From sequence record NC_041911.1: a DNA stretch of 64,000 nt; one strand, 5' to 3'. The notes beneath the pieces were generated by a model. That model was not told the origin of the DNA. It made no database searches and saw only the letters and a program-made list of their open reading frames with translations. Shown piece after piece: positions 1 through 8,493 of this stretch. How positions within the stretch are numbered: position 1 is the stretch's first letter; every line of letters begins with the position of its first letter. Made by a program: the position numbers and the translations under genes.

Positions 1-426
1 ACCGAAGATGAAGTGTGCGTAGTAGCCCAGCGGGTCAGCATTCGGGTTCGAGAAACCGTAGTTCAGCTTGGACAGCTTTTGCATCCAGTTGTCCTTGGTG
101 AAACCCGGGTCCTTGAGGTAGACCAGCACGATCGGATCGATGGCGATCTGTTGGGCACGCACGTCTTTGAAGCGCGAGAGAAGCCAGGTGTCTTCGGTGA
201 AGAACAGATCCGGCTTGTAGCCTTGCTTGAGGTAGTTCGCCAGGCCGGTCACGGACTCGGTTTCGCGCAGCTTGGTGGTGTGACCGGTAGCCTTGTCGAA
301 GGCCGGAGCCAGTTGTTTCACCAACGGGAACGGGCTGTCTTCGGAGTACACCGACAGGTTGCTGGCGAAGACCGCGAACGAGATGAATGCCGTGGCAATG
401 GCGGCAAAGAAGTGCTTGAGTTTCAT
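1..426 (-). CDS. Periplasmic solute-binding protein, ModA/WtpA (molybdate/tungstate)-like; 3' end truncated by the window edge
   Basis: Translated by hand, not in the ORF track. MKLKHFFAAIATAFISFAVFA signal peptide; later FSNPNADPLGYYA resembles the SNPNxDPxGY motif of WtpA/ModA-type binding proteins; open to position 1. Confidence 0.6.
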   Translation of the reverse strand, partial: MKLKHFFAAIATAFISFAVFASNLSVYSEDSPFPLVKQLAPAFDKATGHTTKLRETESVTGLANYLKQGYKPDLFFTEDTWLLSRFKDVRAQQIAIDPIVLVYLKDPGFTKDNWMQKLSKLNYGFSNPNADPLGYYAHFIFG

Positions 427-497
427 GTTGATCTCAGGTTTGGAGGGGATTTAAAGCGAAACGGCCGAAACCGTTTCGCCCCTTTGGTTGCTCTTGA

Positions 498-1418
498 TTA
501 CAGGTCGTACCACGGCCAGCCGCCATGGTTGTTCGCATCCACTTCTTGCCACTTCGGATGCGTGCCGGTCTTGTCCTGGATGTCACCCAGCTTGGCGTTG
601 AAGCAAGCGCGCATGGACTTCAGCTTGTCTTGCATGCCAGCCGAACGATACACACGGGACACGAGCAGCGCTTGGGTAGCCACCGATTGCACGCCTGCGG
701 CGTTCAGGTTGGCGTAGGACAGCTTGGCCGGGAAGTACAGCTTCGAAGCTGCCAGCTTGCTCACGAGGTCAGCGGGAATCGGCAGGATCTTGAACGAAGC
801 CGGCAGAGTCTTCACCATCGGGTGCGGTGCGCCGCCAACGACCAGGATCGCATCCAGTTCACCCGACAGCAGTTTGGCTTTCAGCTGGTCATTGTTTGCC
901 ACCGGCAGCACTTTGAAGCCTAGACCGGAGTTGGCAGCCACGACGGAAGCGGAAGCGATCGAACCACCCACGGCGCCGACGTTGCGACCGCGCAGGTCCG
1001 ACAGTGTCTTGAACTGAACGTCCTTGGCACCCAGGGAAGTACCGAAGTAGCCACCTTCTTTCTTCACATCAGCACGTGCGATGAAGTGCAGCTCTTCGGG
1101 ATGCAGAGCTAGCAGGGTCTTGATATTCGCGACCTTGGAGGCATCGGTACGGCGCTCGAATTCGAGCATGTCGGCCTGGACGATGGCTGCGTTGACTTGG
1201 TTGCCGATCAGCAGGTTCTTGTTGTCGATACCGCCGGTGGTGGTCTGTTCTTGCCAGTTGCCGTTGCCGCAGACGGCGGCCAGCTCGTTGAACATGATGC
1301 TGTAGGTCGAGCCGCCCTTGCGGTCGCCGGTAGCGACGATGATCTTTTCTTGCGCGAATGCTTGCGCGGTAAACGCGAACGCCAGCAGCGCTGCGATCGA
1401 GGCGATGAACTTCTTCAT
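498..1418 (-). CDS. TAXI-family TRAP-transporter solute-binding protein
   Basis: Signal peptide MKKFIASIAALLAFAFTAQAFA; ATG..GGSTY, TTGGIDNKNLL, AAIVQAD, LHPEELHFIAR and DLRGRNVGAVGGS match TAXI hallmarks. Start moved to ATG 1418. Confidence 0.8.
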   Translation of the reverse strand: MKKFIASIAALLAFAFTAQAFAQEKIIVATGDRKGGSTYSIMFNELAAVCGNGNWQEQTTTGGIDNKNLLIGNQVNAAIVQADMLEFERRTDASKVANIKTLLALHPEELHFIARADVKKEGGYFGTSLGAKDVQFKTLSDLRGRNVGAVGGSIASASVVAANSGLGFKVLPVANNDQLKAKLLSGELDAILVVGGAPHPMVKTLPASFKILPIPADLVSKLAASKLYFPAKLSYANLNAAGVQSVATQALLVSRVYRSAGMQDKLKSMRACFNAKLGDIQDKTGTHPKWQEVDANNHGGWPWYDL

Positions 1419-1452
1419 TTCAGTTTCTTCCTTGCTTCTTGGTTGAGAGAGA

Positions 1453-1596
1453 TTACAGCTTGTAACCGGAGTCTTGAGCAGCAGGCTCGGCGGCTGCAGG
1501 AGCAGCTTCAACCGGGGCTTGCGACTGGTTCGTGGCGAAGTACAGACCGCCGAGGATGGCGAGCATCAGTACGCCGCCGATGATACTGGCTTTCAT
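1453..1596 (-). CDS. Small single-pass membrane protein (47 aa)
   Basis: MKASIIGGVLMLAILGGLYFATNQSQAPVEAAPAAAEPAAQDSGYKL; ATGA overlap with the upstream stop (translational coupling). Confidence 0.6.
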   Translation of the reverse strand: MKASIIGGVLMLAILGGLYFATNQSQAPVEAAPAAAEPAAQDSGYKL

Positions 1597-2384
1597 GCGA
1601 TCACCTTGACGTTTTCGATGGGTTTCAGAATGTTGCCCAGGATCACGCCGCCTTCAGCCGTATAGTTGATGGCGCGCACTTCTTGACCCTTGATCTGGTC
1701 ACGGACGTAGTTGTCGTCGGCGAGCGCCATGCGCAGCTGAGCGATGGCTTTGGCGTTGGTGTTGTCGACTTCGTCGAACGCAACCTCTTCCTTGAACTTC
1801 GACATGAAGTCCTCGCCAGCATTCATAGCCGCACCGGTCTCGACCGCGGCCAGCGACATCTCGTACAGATCCTTGGCTTTCACGACGTTGCGCTTGAACA
1901 CTTCCAGCGACGTCTTGGCATCCTTGAACTGGTCAACGCGGTAAGCCAGCAACCGCTCGAAGTCGCTAAGCTGATCCTGATAGGTTCTGGCTTCTTCCGG
2001 ATAATCCTGCACCAGCTTGGCAACCTTTTTGCGGAACTTCTCCAGACTGGTTGCCTGGCCTTCGAGCTTTACCCGAGCCGTTTCCAGCTCTTGCGTACGC
2101 TCTTGTTGACGCGTGTAAAGCGTTTCGATCGGATTGGCCTGTACGACAGCGGTGACGGCTTTGAACTTCATGTTCGTGAGCCAGGTGGTAACGGCCGGTT
2201 GCAGAGCCAGTACAGCACCACCGACAACGGCAGCAATAGCGAGGCCGACGATGCCCTTGATGATCAGGAAGATTGCAGGCGCCACAGCGAGTGCTACCCC
2301 TCCCACGATCCCAAGCTGCAGGAGCCGCTTGTATTTTTGTTTGTCCATGATGTTCTTCGGGTTAAGTTGATCGAGAGCTAACAT
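1593..2384 (-). CDS. Membrane-anchored coiled-coil protein, PspA/IM30-like
   Basis: Two N-terminal hydrophobic segments followed by a long heptad-rich helix (NPIETLY...KKVAKL...); alternative start 2348. Confidence 0.55.
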   Translation of the reverse strand: MLALDQLNPKNIMDKQKYKRLLQLGIVGGVALAVAPAIFLIIKGIVGLAIAAVVGGAVLALQPAVTTWLTNMKFKAVTAVVQANPIETLYTRQQERTQELETARVKLEGQATSLEKFRKKVAKLVQDYPEEARTYQDQLSDFERLLAYRVDQFKDAKTSLEVFKRNVVKAKDLYEMSLAAVETGAAMNAGEDFMSKFKEEVAFDEVDNTNAKAIAQLRMALADDNYVRDQIKGQEVRAINYTAEGGVILGNILKPIENVKVIA

Positions 2385-2501
2385 TTGCTCAAATCATCCC
2401 ATGGCTCTGTTATTTTCTACCAACTTGAGATGACAAAAAAAGAGAGAGGCAGGCCCCTGCCTGGGCCAAGTTCCCCCGAGCCTCTCTCCAAAAAGTAATC
2501 G

Positions 2502-2984
2502 TTACGTGATCAAGGCCGGTTCTGTCTCGATCTTGGCGAAGTAATGCTTCTTGCCGTCACGCACACTGAACAGCCTTCCTTGGAAGTCAGCTTCCATCAA
2601 CGCATCGTTGATGGCTTCGAACTCGCGCAGGTCTACTCGTACCATATTCAGGCGCTTCTGATAACGCTCGGCGGCTGCTTTCGTGGTGAAGAAGCCAGCA
2701 CCGCGCCCTTTGTTGCTAAAGGGCGGAATGCTTATCCCGTAATAGTTGGCCGGGACGATGTGGCGCATGCGAGTGATACAAAGGTGGCTGGAAAGGAAAG
2801 CCATACGGTGAGAGTTTTGGTCCTTATGGAACCAAGGCTTCTCTGTCCAAGGCTTCTCAGTGAAGAAGACTTTAATGGGTACTAACGTATGAAGCTTACC
2901 GTCATAGGTGAGAGTTTGTACCCACCAGCCGGTTTTGCCATTACGGATATCCTTGTACTTCAACTGACCAGCTTTGGTAGCCAT
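2502..2984 (-). CDS. Hypothetical protein
   Basis: 160-aa ORF with AAGGA RBS, in a tightly packed minus-strand run. Confidence 0.6.
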   Translation of the reverse strand: MATKAGQLKYKDIRNGKTGWWVQTLTYDGKLHTLVPIKVFFTEKPWTEKPWFHKDQNSHRMAFLSSHLCITRMRHIVPANYYGISIPPFSNKGRGAGFFTTKAAAERYQKRLNMVRVDLREFEAINDALMEADFQGRLFSVRDGKKHYFAKIETEPALIT

Positions 2985-2995
2985 GTCTTTTCCTT

Positions 2996-3352
2996 TTAGA
3001 TCTTGTTGGCGGCAGCCAGCTCAAGCATGATTTTGACGCTAGGCATGCTTAGGGCTTCTTCCACTGATGTGTCAGGCCCAATCACACCAGCTTTACGAAG
3101 GTGCTCCATCAGTGGCTCGTAGTCGATCTCTTCCCACTTTTTGGGTGTCACGACAACTTTTACTTTGGAAGTGAAAGCAATGCGCTCATTGCACTGCTCG
3201 CAATATACCTTACGCTCGTGACTGCAGAGCACTTTCAGGATATCGTCGGGAGCGGTTTCCAGCGTATAGTTCGCATAGTTACCGTTACCGATTTGTTCAC
3301 TGGTAGTTTTGCTGCAGCACGGGCAGGTAAAAACTACGGTGTCATAGGACAC
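2996..3352 (-). CDS. Zn-ribbon hypothetical protein
   Basis: CPCC and CEQC pairs; AAAGGAA RBS. Confidence 0.6.
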   Translation of the reverse strand: MSYDTVVFTCPCCSKTTSEQIGNGNYANYTLETAPDDILKVLCSHERKVYCEQCNERIAFTSKVKVVVTPKKWEEIDYEPLMEHLRKAGVIGPDTSVEEALSMPSVKIMLELAAANKI

Positions 3353-3363
3353 GTTATTCCTTT

Positions 3364-3720
3364 CTAATCTTCGCGATGATAATCAGCAAGCGATTTACGA
3401 CACTTGCTGCAGAGATAGTACACAGGACCAGCCATTCCTTCGTCGGGATCACGAGTCGGCAGACACTGCTCACCCACAGGGCCGCAGTGATCGCAATCCG
3501 TATCGGTCGGATTATCCTTCTGATCCGCCACATGCTTCTCGTGCTTGTCCAAGCACTCCTGACACATGTCAATGAGTTCGGCTCCCCAACTGTCCGTCTC
3601 ACCTTGTATCCGAGCAACGGCTGGACGATCGGAATGGTCGTCGCAAGTCATACCCGCAGGCACGGGGTGACGGTGTCCGGGAAGAGTGCTAATCGGTCCA
3701 GTAACATCAGCCATTATCAT
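3364..3720 (-). CDS. Cys-rich putative Zn-binding phage protein
   Basis: CDDH, CQEC, CDHC and CSKC motifs; TAGGAG RBS. Confidence 0.6.
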   Translation of the reverse strand: MIMADVTGPISTLPGHRHPVPAGMTCDDHSDRPAVARIQGETDSWGAELIDMCQECLDKHEKHVADQKDNPTDTDCDHCGPVGEQCLPTRDPDEGMAGPVYYLCSKCRKSLADYHRED

Positions 3721-3997
3721 CTACTCCTAAGAGTTTGAAATCGGTATTAATAAGGAATCGCTCCTTATCAACTTGTTCAGTTCTGCTCTTGGCCCTAACA
3801 ACAACCAGCTCGCGAACCGGATAGATGCCTGGGAACGTAGGACTGAGGAGTTCAATTGGAGGATGCTTAGGCATAACCGCCGGAATCACTACGTTGACGT
3901 GCGGGCCATTATCACGCGTCCATTGCCTCAACTCGTCCCAAAGCTTTTTCATATCAGACACAATGCTCTCCTTTAAACACAATTCTATGCAGTACAA
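3707..3997 (-). CDS. Hypothetical protein (start uncertain, possibly MKKLW at about 3952)
   Basis: Fills the gap in the minus-strand run; AAGGAG lies upstream of the internal ATG. Confidence 0.4.
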   Translation of the reverse strand: MYCIELCLKESIVSDMKKLWDELRQWTRDNGPHVNVVIPAVMPKHPPIELLSPTFPGIYPVRELVVVRAKSRTEQVDKERFLINTDFKLLGVDDNG

Positions 3998-4016
3998 CTT
4001 TAAGACAGGAGTCTTT

Positions 4017-4271
4017 ATGAATCTCGAACTCGAACTGATCGATGGCTGGAAAAAGTTCTATGCCATGTACTCGATCTGGTTTTTCGCCATCCTTGGCCTG
4101 CTGCCGGACCTGTTCAACCTCGCCATCCAGAATGGTGTGATCACCAGCGCCAGCGCACCCGAACTGCTCACCCGCGCGATCAACGTCATCGCTTTCGTGG
4201 GCGCTGCTTCCCGTCTGGTGAAGCAGAAGGTTCTTGCGAGCGAACCGGCTGCGCAGAACCCTGCCAGCTAA
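4017..4271 (+). CDS. Holin-like small membrane protein (84 aa)
   Basis: CAGGAG RBS; WKKFYAMYSIWFFAILGLLP and a second hydrophobic helix VIAFVGAASRLVKQ, the pattern of small phage holins; followed by a terminator. Confidence 0.6.
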   Translation: MNLELELIDGWKKFYAMYSIWFFAILGLLPDLFNLAIQNGVITSASAPELLTRAINVIAFVGAASRLVKQKVLASEPAAQNPAS

Positions 4272-4287
4272 AGCTGTTTAGAGCTTG

Positions 4288-4318
4288 GAGCGCTGGGGAA
4301 ACCCGGCGCTTTATGCTG
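4288..4318. terminator. Hairpin terminator with TATGCTG tail between convergent genes
   Basis: GAGCGCTGGG-GAAA-CCCGGCGCTT-TATGCTG. Confidence 0.75.
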
Positions 4319-4766
4319 TCGAATGCAATTCCTTCGTAGAGAAGGACAGCGGCATCAGCATAATCAGAGAGACGGGGTCAGATAAAGGCTGAACTGCATG
4401 AACGTCCGGAAGCTTCATCGCGCTAGGTTCGATACGACGAAGTATCAGGTCACTGACAGCAGGCGGCTTAGGTGGACCTTCAAGCTCAACGAACTTAACG
4501 ACAACCGTTTCGCGCGGGATGCGCAGGTCGTCCAAGATCTCAGCAAGCGGCTTAGACATGCTCAGCACGCAGGTGACGATATTGTTCAGCGTCTCCGCCG
4601 TATAGGTATCAGAGTGCCAAGCAAGATGAGCCTCCAACTCACTCCGCGACATGCGTTGTGCAATCTCCAGCCGTTCCTTCAACGAGAGGACTTTTGTTAT
4701 CGGTTGGGTATAGCCTGGGTAACGCTGGCCGCCTGGAATCCAGCTAAATTCTTTAAACATTTGCAT
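4311..4766 (-). CDS. Hypothetical protein
   Basis: 151-aa ORF, GAGGG RBS. Confidence 0.5.
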   Translation of the reverse strand: MQMFKEFSWIPGGQRYPGYTQPITKVLSLKERLEIAQRMSRSELEAHLAWHSDTYTAETLNNIVTCVLSMSKPLAEILDDLRIPRETVVVKFVELEGPPKPPAVSDLILRRIEPSAMKLPDVHAVQPLSDPVSLIMLMPLSFSTKELHSTA

Positions 4767-4772
4767 CGCCCT

Positions 4773-5069
4773 CTAGTCTTTATAAGGAGTCTCTTCACGG
4801 AACCATAAGTTACCAGATCGTAGTAGAATTACTCGAAAGAAGAGAGAATCTGGAGTAGAGCCATCACGACGCCGAGGCTGACGCAACATCCAACCAGTAC
4901 CATTTGGTCGTTTGAGAACTTCTACTGCGTTAAACTCCTTGCATTCGCGCAGACCATGTTTGAGTTCGAGCAGTTCGACATCATCGGCCGGAACCATCAT
5001 TTTCCTAGGGATGTATGCATCAAACACGAACTCTTTCTTCATGGTTAATTCAGCCATATTTCTCACCAT
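4773..5069 (-). CDS. Hypothetical protein
   Basis: 98-aa ORF contiguous with its neighbour. Confidence 0.5.
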   Translation of the reverse strand: MVRNMAELTMKKEFVFDAYIPRKMMVPADDVELLELKHGLRECKEFNAVEVLKRPNGTGWMLRQPRRRDGSTPDSLFFRVILLRSGNLWFREETPYKD

Positions 5070-5160
5070 TTTTTACCCATTGAAAGCATGATTTTGAGGA
5101 GCGCCAATCGTATGGAGCCCTCGCTCCTAAACAACTTTTTCCATGTGGAGTAGTAAACAA

Positions 5161-6888
5161 ATGGACGCAAATACGCCTCAAGACGCACAGCCGGTAGCCG
5201 ACACTGCGCCGGTGGTTGATACCACCGTAGCCGTCGATACCAGCGCCGCCGCTCCCGCTCCGGACGCTGCTCCTGCAGTCGCTCCGGCACCGGTGACTGT
5301 CAACTACACCGACGCCGCCGGCGTGGTGCAAACCTACGTACTGACTGCTGACCAGTCGCTCGACTCCAACGGTCTGATCCAACCGGGCAATCTGACCCCG
5401 GCTGCTGCAGCTCTGGCTGAAGCCCAAGCTGTTGTGAACGCTGAACAAGCTGCTGCAGCAACTGCCTCTGCTCCTGCTCCGGCTGCAGAAGCCGCAGCCG
5501 CGGTGGAGCAACCTGTTGTGGAAGCCGCTCCGGTGGTTGACGCACAAGTGCAAGCCGCAGACCCGGTCGAAACCCAAGTCGATGCTTCGGCTACTGTTTC
5601 TGCCGACGCTGCTCCCGCGGCACCGACCGAACAACCGGTTCAGACTGAAGCTGCTCCCGTAGCTGCTGAAGTCGCCGCTCCGGTCGCCGATGCGTCGGCA
5701 GCAGCCGTGGAACAACCCGCGGCCGAGCAAGCAGCTCCTGTGGCTGAACAACCGGAAGCTCAGCCGGTTGAACAAGACCAAGCTGCGGCTCCCGCAGCCG
5801 AAGTTCCGGCTGCGCCTGTTGCTGACGCTCCAGCGGAAGCAGCTCCGGCTGCGGAAGTTCAACCTGTCGCTGAAGCTGTCGCTCCCGTTGTGGAACAGCC
5901 GGTTGCTGAAGAAGCAGCTGCTCCGCAAGAAACTCAGTCCGTCGCTGCACCGGCAGCTGAACAAGCTGCTCCGGAAGCTCCGGTCGTTGCTGAACAAGCT
6001 CCGACCACCGATGCTCCTGATGCTCCTGATACTCAAGCTGAAGCGGCACCCTTGGAAGCTGCGCCGGTAGCCGAAGCACAACCGGCAGAAGTCGATCCGG
6101 TGCCTGCTGTGGTTGATGCCCAACCGGCAGCTGAAACCCAAGCTGCCGCTCCTGCTGAAGTTCAAGCAGAAGCGCCTGCCGTTGTTGCTGAAACTCCGGC
6201 TGTCGAACAGGCTCCGGTGCAAGCTGATGCTCCGGCCGCTGTTGAAGTTGCTGCTCCCGCTGTCGACCAACCGGTCGAAGCGGCACCTGTTGCTGATGCT
6301 TCCGCAACTGCTGCTGTTGAAACCTCGGTAGCTGCTGAACCGACTCAAGCGCCGGTTGGCGACACGGGTGCTGACGCGGCTGCGCCGGCTCCCAGCGCTG
6401 ACGCTGCTCTGGTTGCACCTGCTCCGGAAACTGCTGCCCCTGTGGCAGAAGCTCAGCCGGTTGTGGAAGAACCCGTAGCCGAAGCCCCGGCTCCGGAGGC
6501 TGCTGTTGTTGAACAGCCTGCTGCTGAACCTGCTCCGGCTGCTGACGCATCCGCAGCTCCCGCTGAACAAGCTCCGGCTCCGGCCGAAGCTCCGGTTGCC
6601 GAGCAACCGGCTGTAGCGGTTGATCCCGTTGCTGAAGTTCCGGCCGCACCCGCCGCTGATGCGCCGGTTGCTCCGGTTGCGGAAACTCCCGCAGCACCGG
6701 CGGAAGCCGCTCCTTCCATCGCTGCGCAAGTTGCGGAAGAAGTGAAGGAAGAGGTCGGTAAGGCCCTCTCCGAAATGATGCATGACCTGAGTGCTTTCGA
6801 GCGCGAGACGATTGACCGCGTGGTCAATCTCCTGCGTCGCGTGAAGCCGCATCATCGCAAGAAGATCTTCGAACACTTCGGTGGCTAA
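5161..6888 (+). CDS. Very acidic Ala/Pro/Glu/Val/Gln-rich low-complexity protein (about 575 aa) with a short basic C-terminal helix
   Basis: TGGAG RBS before ATG 5161; strong codon bias; quasi-repeats such as APVAEQP and VEQPVAE; ends IDRVVNLLRRVKPHHRKKIFEHFGG; followed by a terminator. Confidence 0.8.
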   Translation: MDANTPQDAQPVADTAPVVDTTVAVDTSAAAPAPDAAPAVAPAPVTVNYTDAAGVVQTYVLTADQSLDSNGLIQPGNLTPAAAALAEAQAVVNAEQAAAATASAPAPAAEAAAAVEQPVVEAAPVVDAQVQAADPVETQVDASATVSADAAPAAPTEQPVQTEAAPVAAEVAAPVADASAAAVEQPAAEQAAPVAEQPEAQPVEQDQAAAPAAEVPAAPVADAPAEAAPAAEVQPVAEAVAPVVEQPVAEEAAAPQETQSVAAPAAEQAAPEAPVVAEQAPTTDAPDAPDTQAEAAPLEAAPVAEAQPAEVDPVPAVVDAQPAAETQAAAPAEVQAEAPAVVAETPAVEQAPVQADAPAAVEVAAPAVDQPVEAAPVADASATAAVETSVAAEPTQAPVGDTGADAAAPAPSADAALVAPAPETAAPVAEAQPVVEEPVAEAPAPEAAVVEQPAAEPAPAADASAAPAEQAPAPAEAPVAEQPAVAVDPVAEVPAAPAADAPVAPVAETPAAPAEAAPSIAAQVAEEVKEEVGKALSEMMHDLSAFERETIDRVVNLLRRVKPHHRKKIFEHFGG

Positions 6889-6917
6889 GAAGTAACGAAG
6901 AAAAAAGGTTGGTAAAC

Positions 6918-6957
6918 AAAGCCTCCACGGTTTCGGCCGTGGAGGCTTTTATGCCGC
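6918..6957. terminator. Bidirectional hairpin terminator with TATGCCG tail
   Basis: AAAGCCTCCACGG-TTTCGG-CCGTGGAGGCTTT-TATGCCG between convergent genes. Confidence 0.85.
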
Positions 6958-7646
6958 TAATTAGGACGCCAGCAACTGGCTTTTTTGAATGCAACGCCTC
7001 TGGCCTTATGGTCTGCAGCTTTCCGCATAGCTTCACGAAGCATGGACTCGAAGTTTTCCTCGAAGAACTTGTCCATGTAAGCCTGCATTTGCAGGCTGTT
7101 GAACTTGTCCTCCAAGAAGTCACGAATCGTTTGCAGACCCGCTCCGACCACCTTCTCACCGCCTGTCTCTGCGACAGTCTCTCCGAAGAAAGCTTTGATC
7201 TGCGCCTGACATGTCTGGTCGAATGCATCTCGCATAGCCCTTTCAGCTTTCGCCATCATATCCTGCGGAGCGAAGCTGATCTGGAAATGAACGTCGCGAC
7301 TATCAATCTCACGACGATGCTCAGCATCGATGCTATTCATCAGCCACTCAATCAGAAACGTGCTCCGGTCACGTAACTGATGGATGCTTAGGTGGTTTAG
7401 GTAGAAGGAATGAGCTTCACCATCCGGTGCGGGAGAATCGGAGTACGCTTCCGGATATTTATCCCGAGGGAACGCTGACTCAAGCATCACCCTAGGCACC
7501 AAAGTGCCCAAGCGCATGACCATATCTCCGGTTATCTTCTCGATAGCCGAAGGTGAGAGTTCATAGCGTTGCCCAACCGCCAGATAAGTTTCCCCGTTGA
7601 GAACTTCTCTCGCAATTTTGATATTGCGAAGCACACGCGCACGCAT
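6957..7646 (-). CDS. Hypothetical protein with possible N-terminal helix-turn-helix
   Basis: GETYLAVGQRYELSPSAIEKI resembles an HTH; start may be MRARV. Confidence 0.5.
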   Translation of the reverse strand: MRARVLRNIKIAREVLNGETYLAVGQRYELSPSAIEKITGDMVMRLGTLVPRVMLESAFPRDKYPEAYSDSPAPDGEAHSFYLNHLSIHQLRDRSTFLIEWLMNSIDAEHRREIDSRDVHFQISFAPQDMMAKAERAMRDAFDQTCQAQIKAFFGETVAETGGEKVVGAGLQTIRDFLEDKFNSLQMQAYMDKFFEENFESMLREAMRKAADHKARGVAFKKASCWRPN

Positions 7647-7656
7647 TTCAGTTACC

Positions 7657-8427
7657 TCACGAATTCATGGAGGCTTGATTGATAGCCAGAACACGGCCAG
7701 GACGCTCAGGAGTCAGTATCTTGTTGACAGCCAAGCGCCAGAAGTGCTTGTAAGCCTTCACATTCTCGAAACGACGATGGAAGATGCTGAGACTATGGTT
7801 AAGCTTTCCGAGTTTGGTGGTGTTCACGATATCCATCACGCGCAGGCAGAGATGGAACACTTCTGTCAGCTCAGCATCGCTCTTAGCCAGTTCGTTCAAT
7901 GCGTGGACGTGACGTTCAGCCATGGCATGAACTTCTACCGTGTCGTCCACTGCCAGCTTGGCATTGTCGGCCATTTCCATGTCAGTGAAATGATGGCCGT
8001 AGGTGGCATAGATGTCTTCCAGCAGACCTTTGTGGTACATGACCGGGAAAGCAGCACGCCACGAACCAGCAGTGTGCAGAGCTTCCAGATAACGCAGAAC
8101 ACTGTGACTCAGCGCCCATTCATCGTCGCTATAAACCAGCATCATTGCCGCTGCGATATAACGCAGGTCAACAATCACTTCCATGGTCGGGTGATTGATG
8201 ATCGCCGAAGTTTTGACGAAGCCCAGACCAGAGTGCTGCATGGCCGGCAACAGGATTTCATCCGGCAGCTTGAACTTCTCGACCAGCCGCTGGTAGTCTG
8301 CCACGCTAGCGTAGCCATCTTCTGCGATGACTTCTTTGATCTCAGCCATCGCTTGGTCGATGATGGGGTTAGTGCGACGCATTTCATTCGGCTTTTGGTT
8401 CTCGATCGAAGTGTTGGTGCGTTTCAT
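7657..8427 (-). CDS. Hypothetical protein
   Basis: 256-aa ORF with AAGGAAAAG RBS. Confidence 0.6.
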   Translation of the reverse strand: MKRTNTSIENQKPNEMRRTNPIIDQAMAEIKEVIAEDGYASVADYQRLVEKFKLPDEILLPAMQHSGLGFVKTSAIINHPTMEVIVDLRYIAAAMMLVYSDDEWALSHSVLRYLEALHTAGSWRAAFPVMYHKGLLEDIYATYGHHFTDMEMADNAKLAVDDTVEVHAMAERHVHALNELAKSDAELTEVFHLCLRVMDIVNTTKLGKLNHSLSIFHRRFENVKAYKHFWRLAVNKILTPERPGRVLAINQASMNS

Positions 8428-8493
8428 GCTGCTTTTCCTTTTAGATGTATAGAGACAGCCACCGGGGTGGTGAACCCGGTGGCTTTATGCTGC

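Noticed and set aside
5050-6876. 608-aa minus-strand ORF (and the 368-aa ORF 5591-6697) opposite the Ala/Pro-rich gene
   Set aside because: Antisense shadows of a repetitive, codon-biased gene; no RBS, and Ser/Arg/Gly- or Gln-rich nonsense composition.
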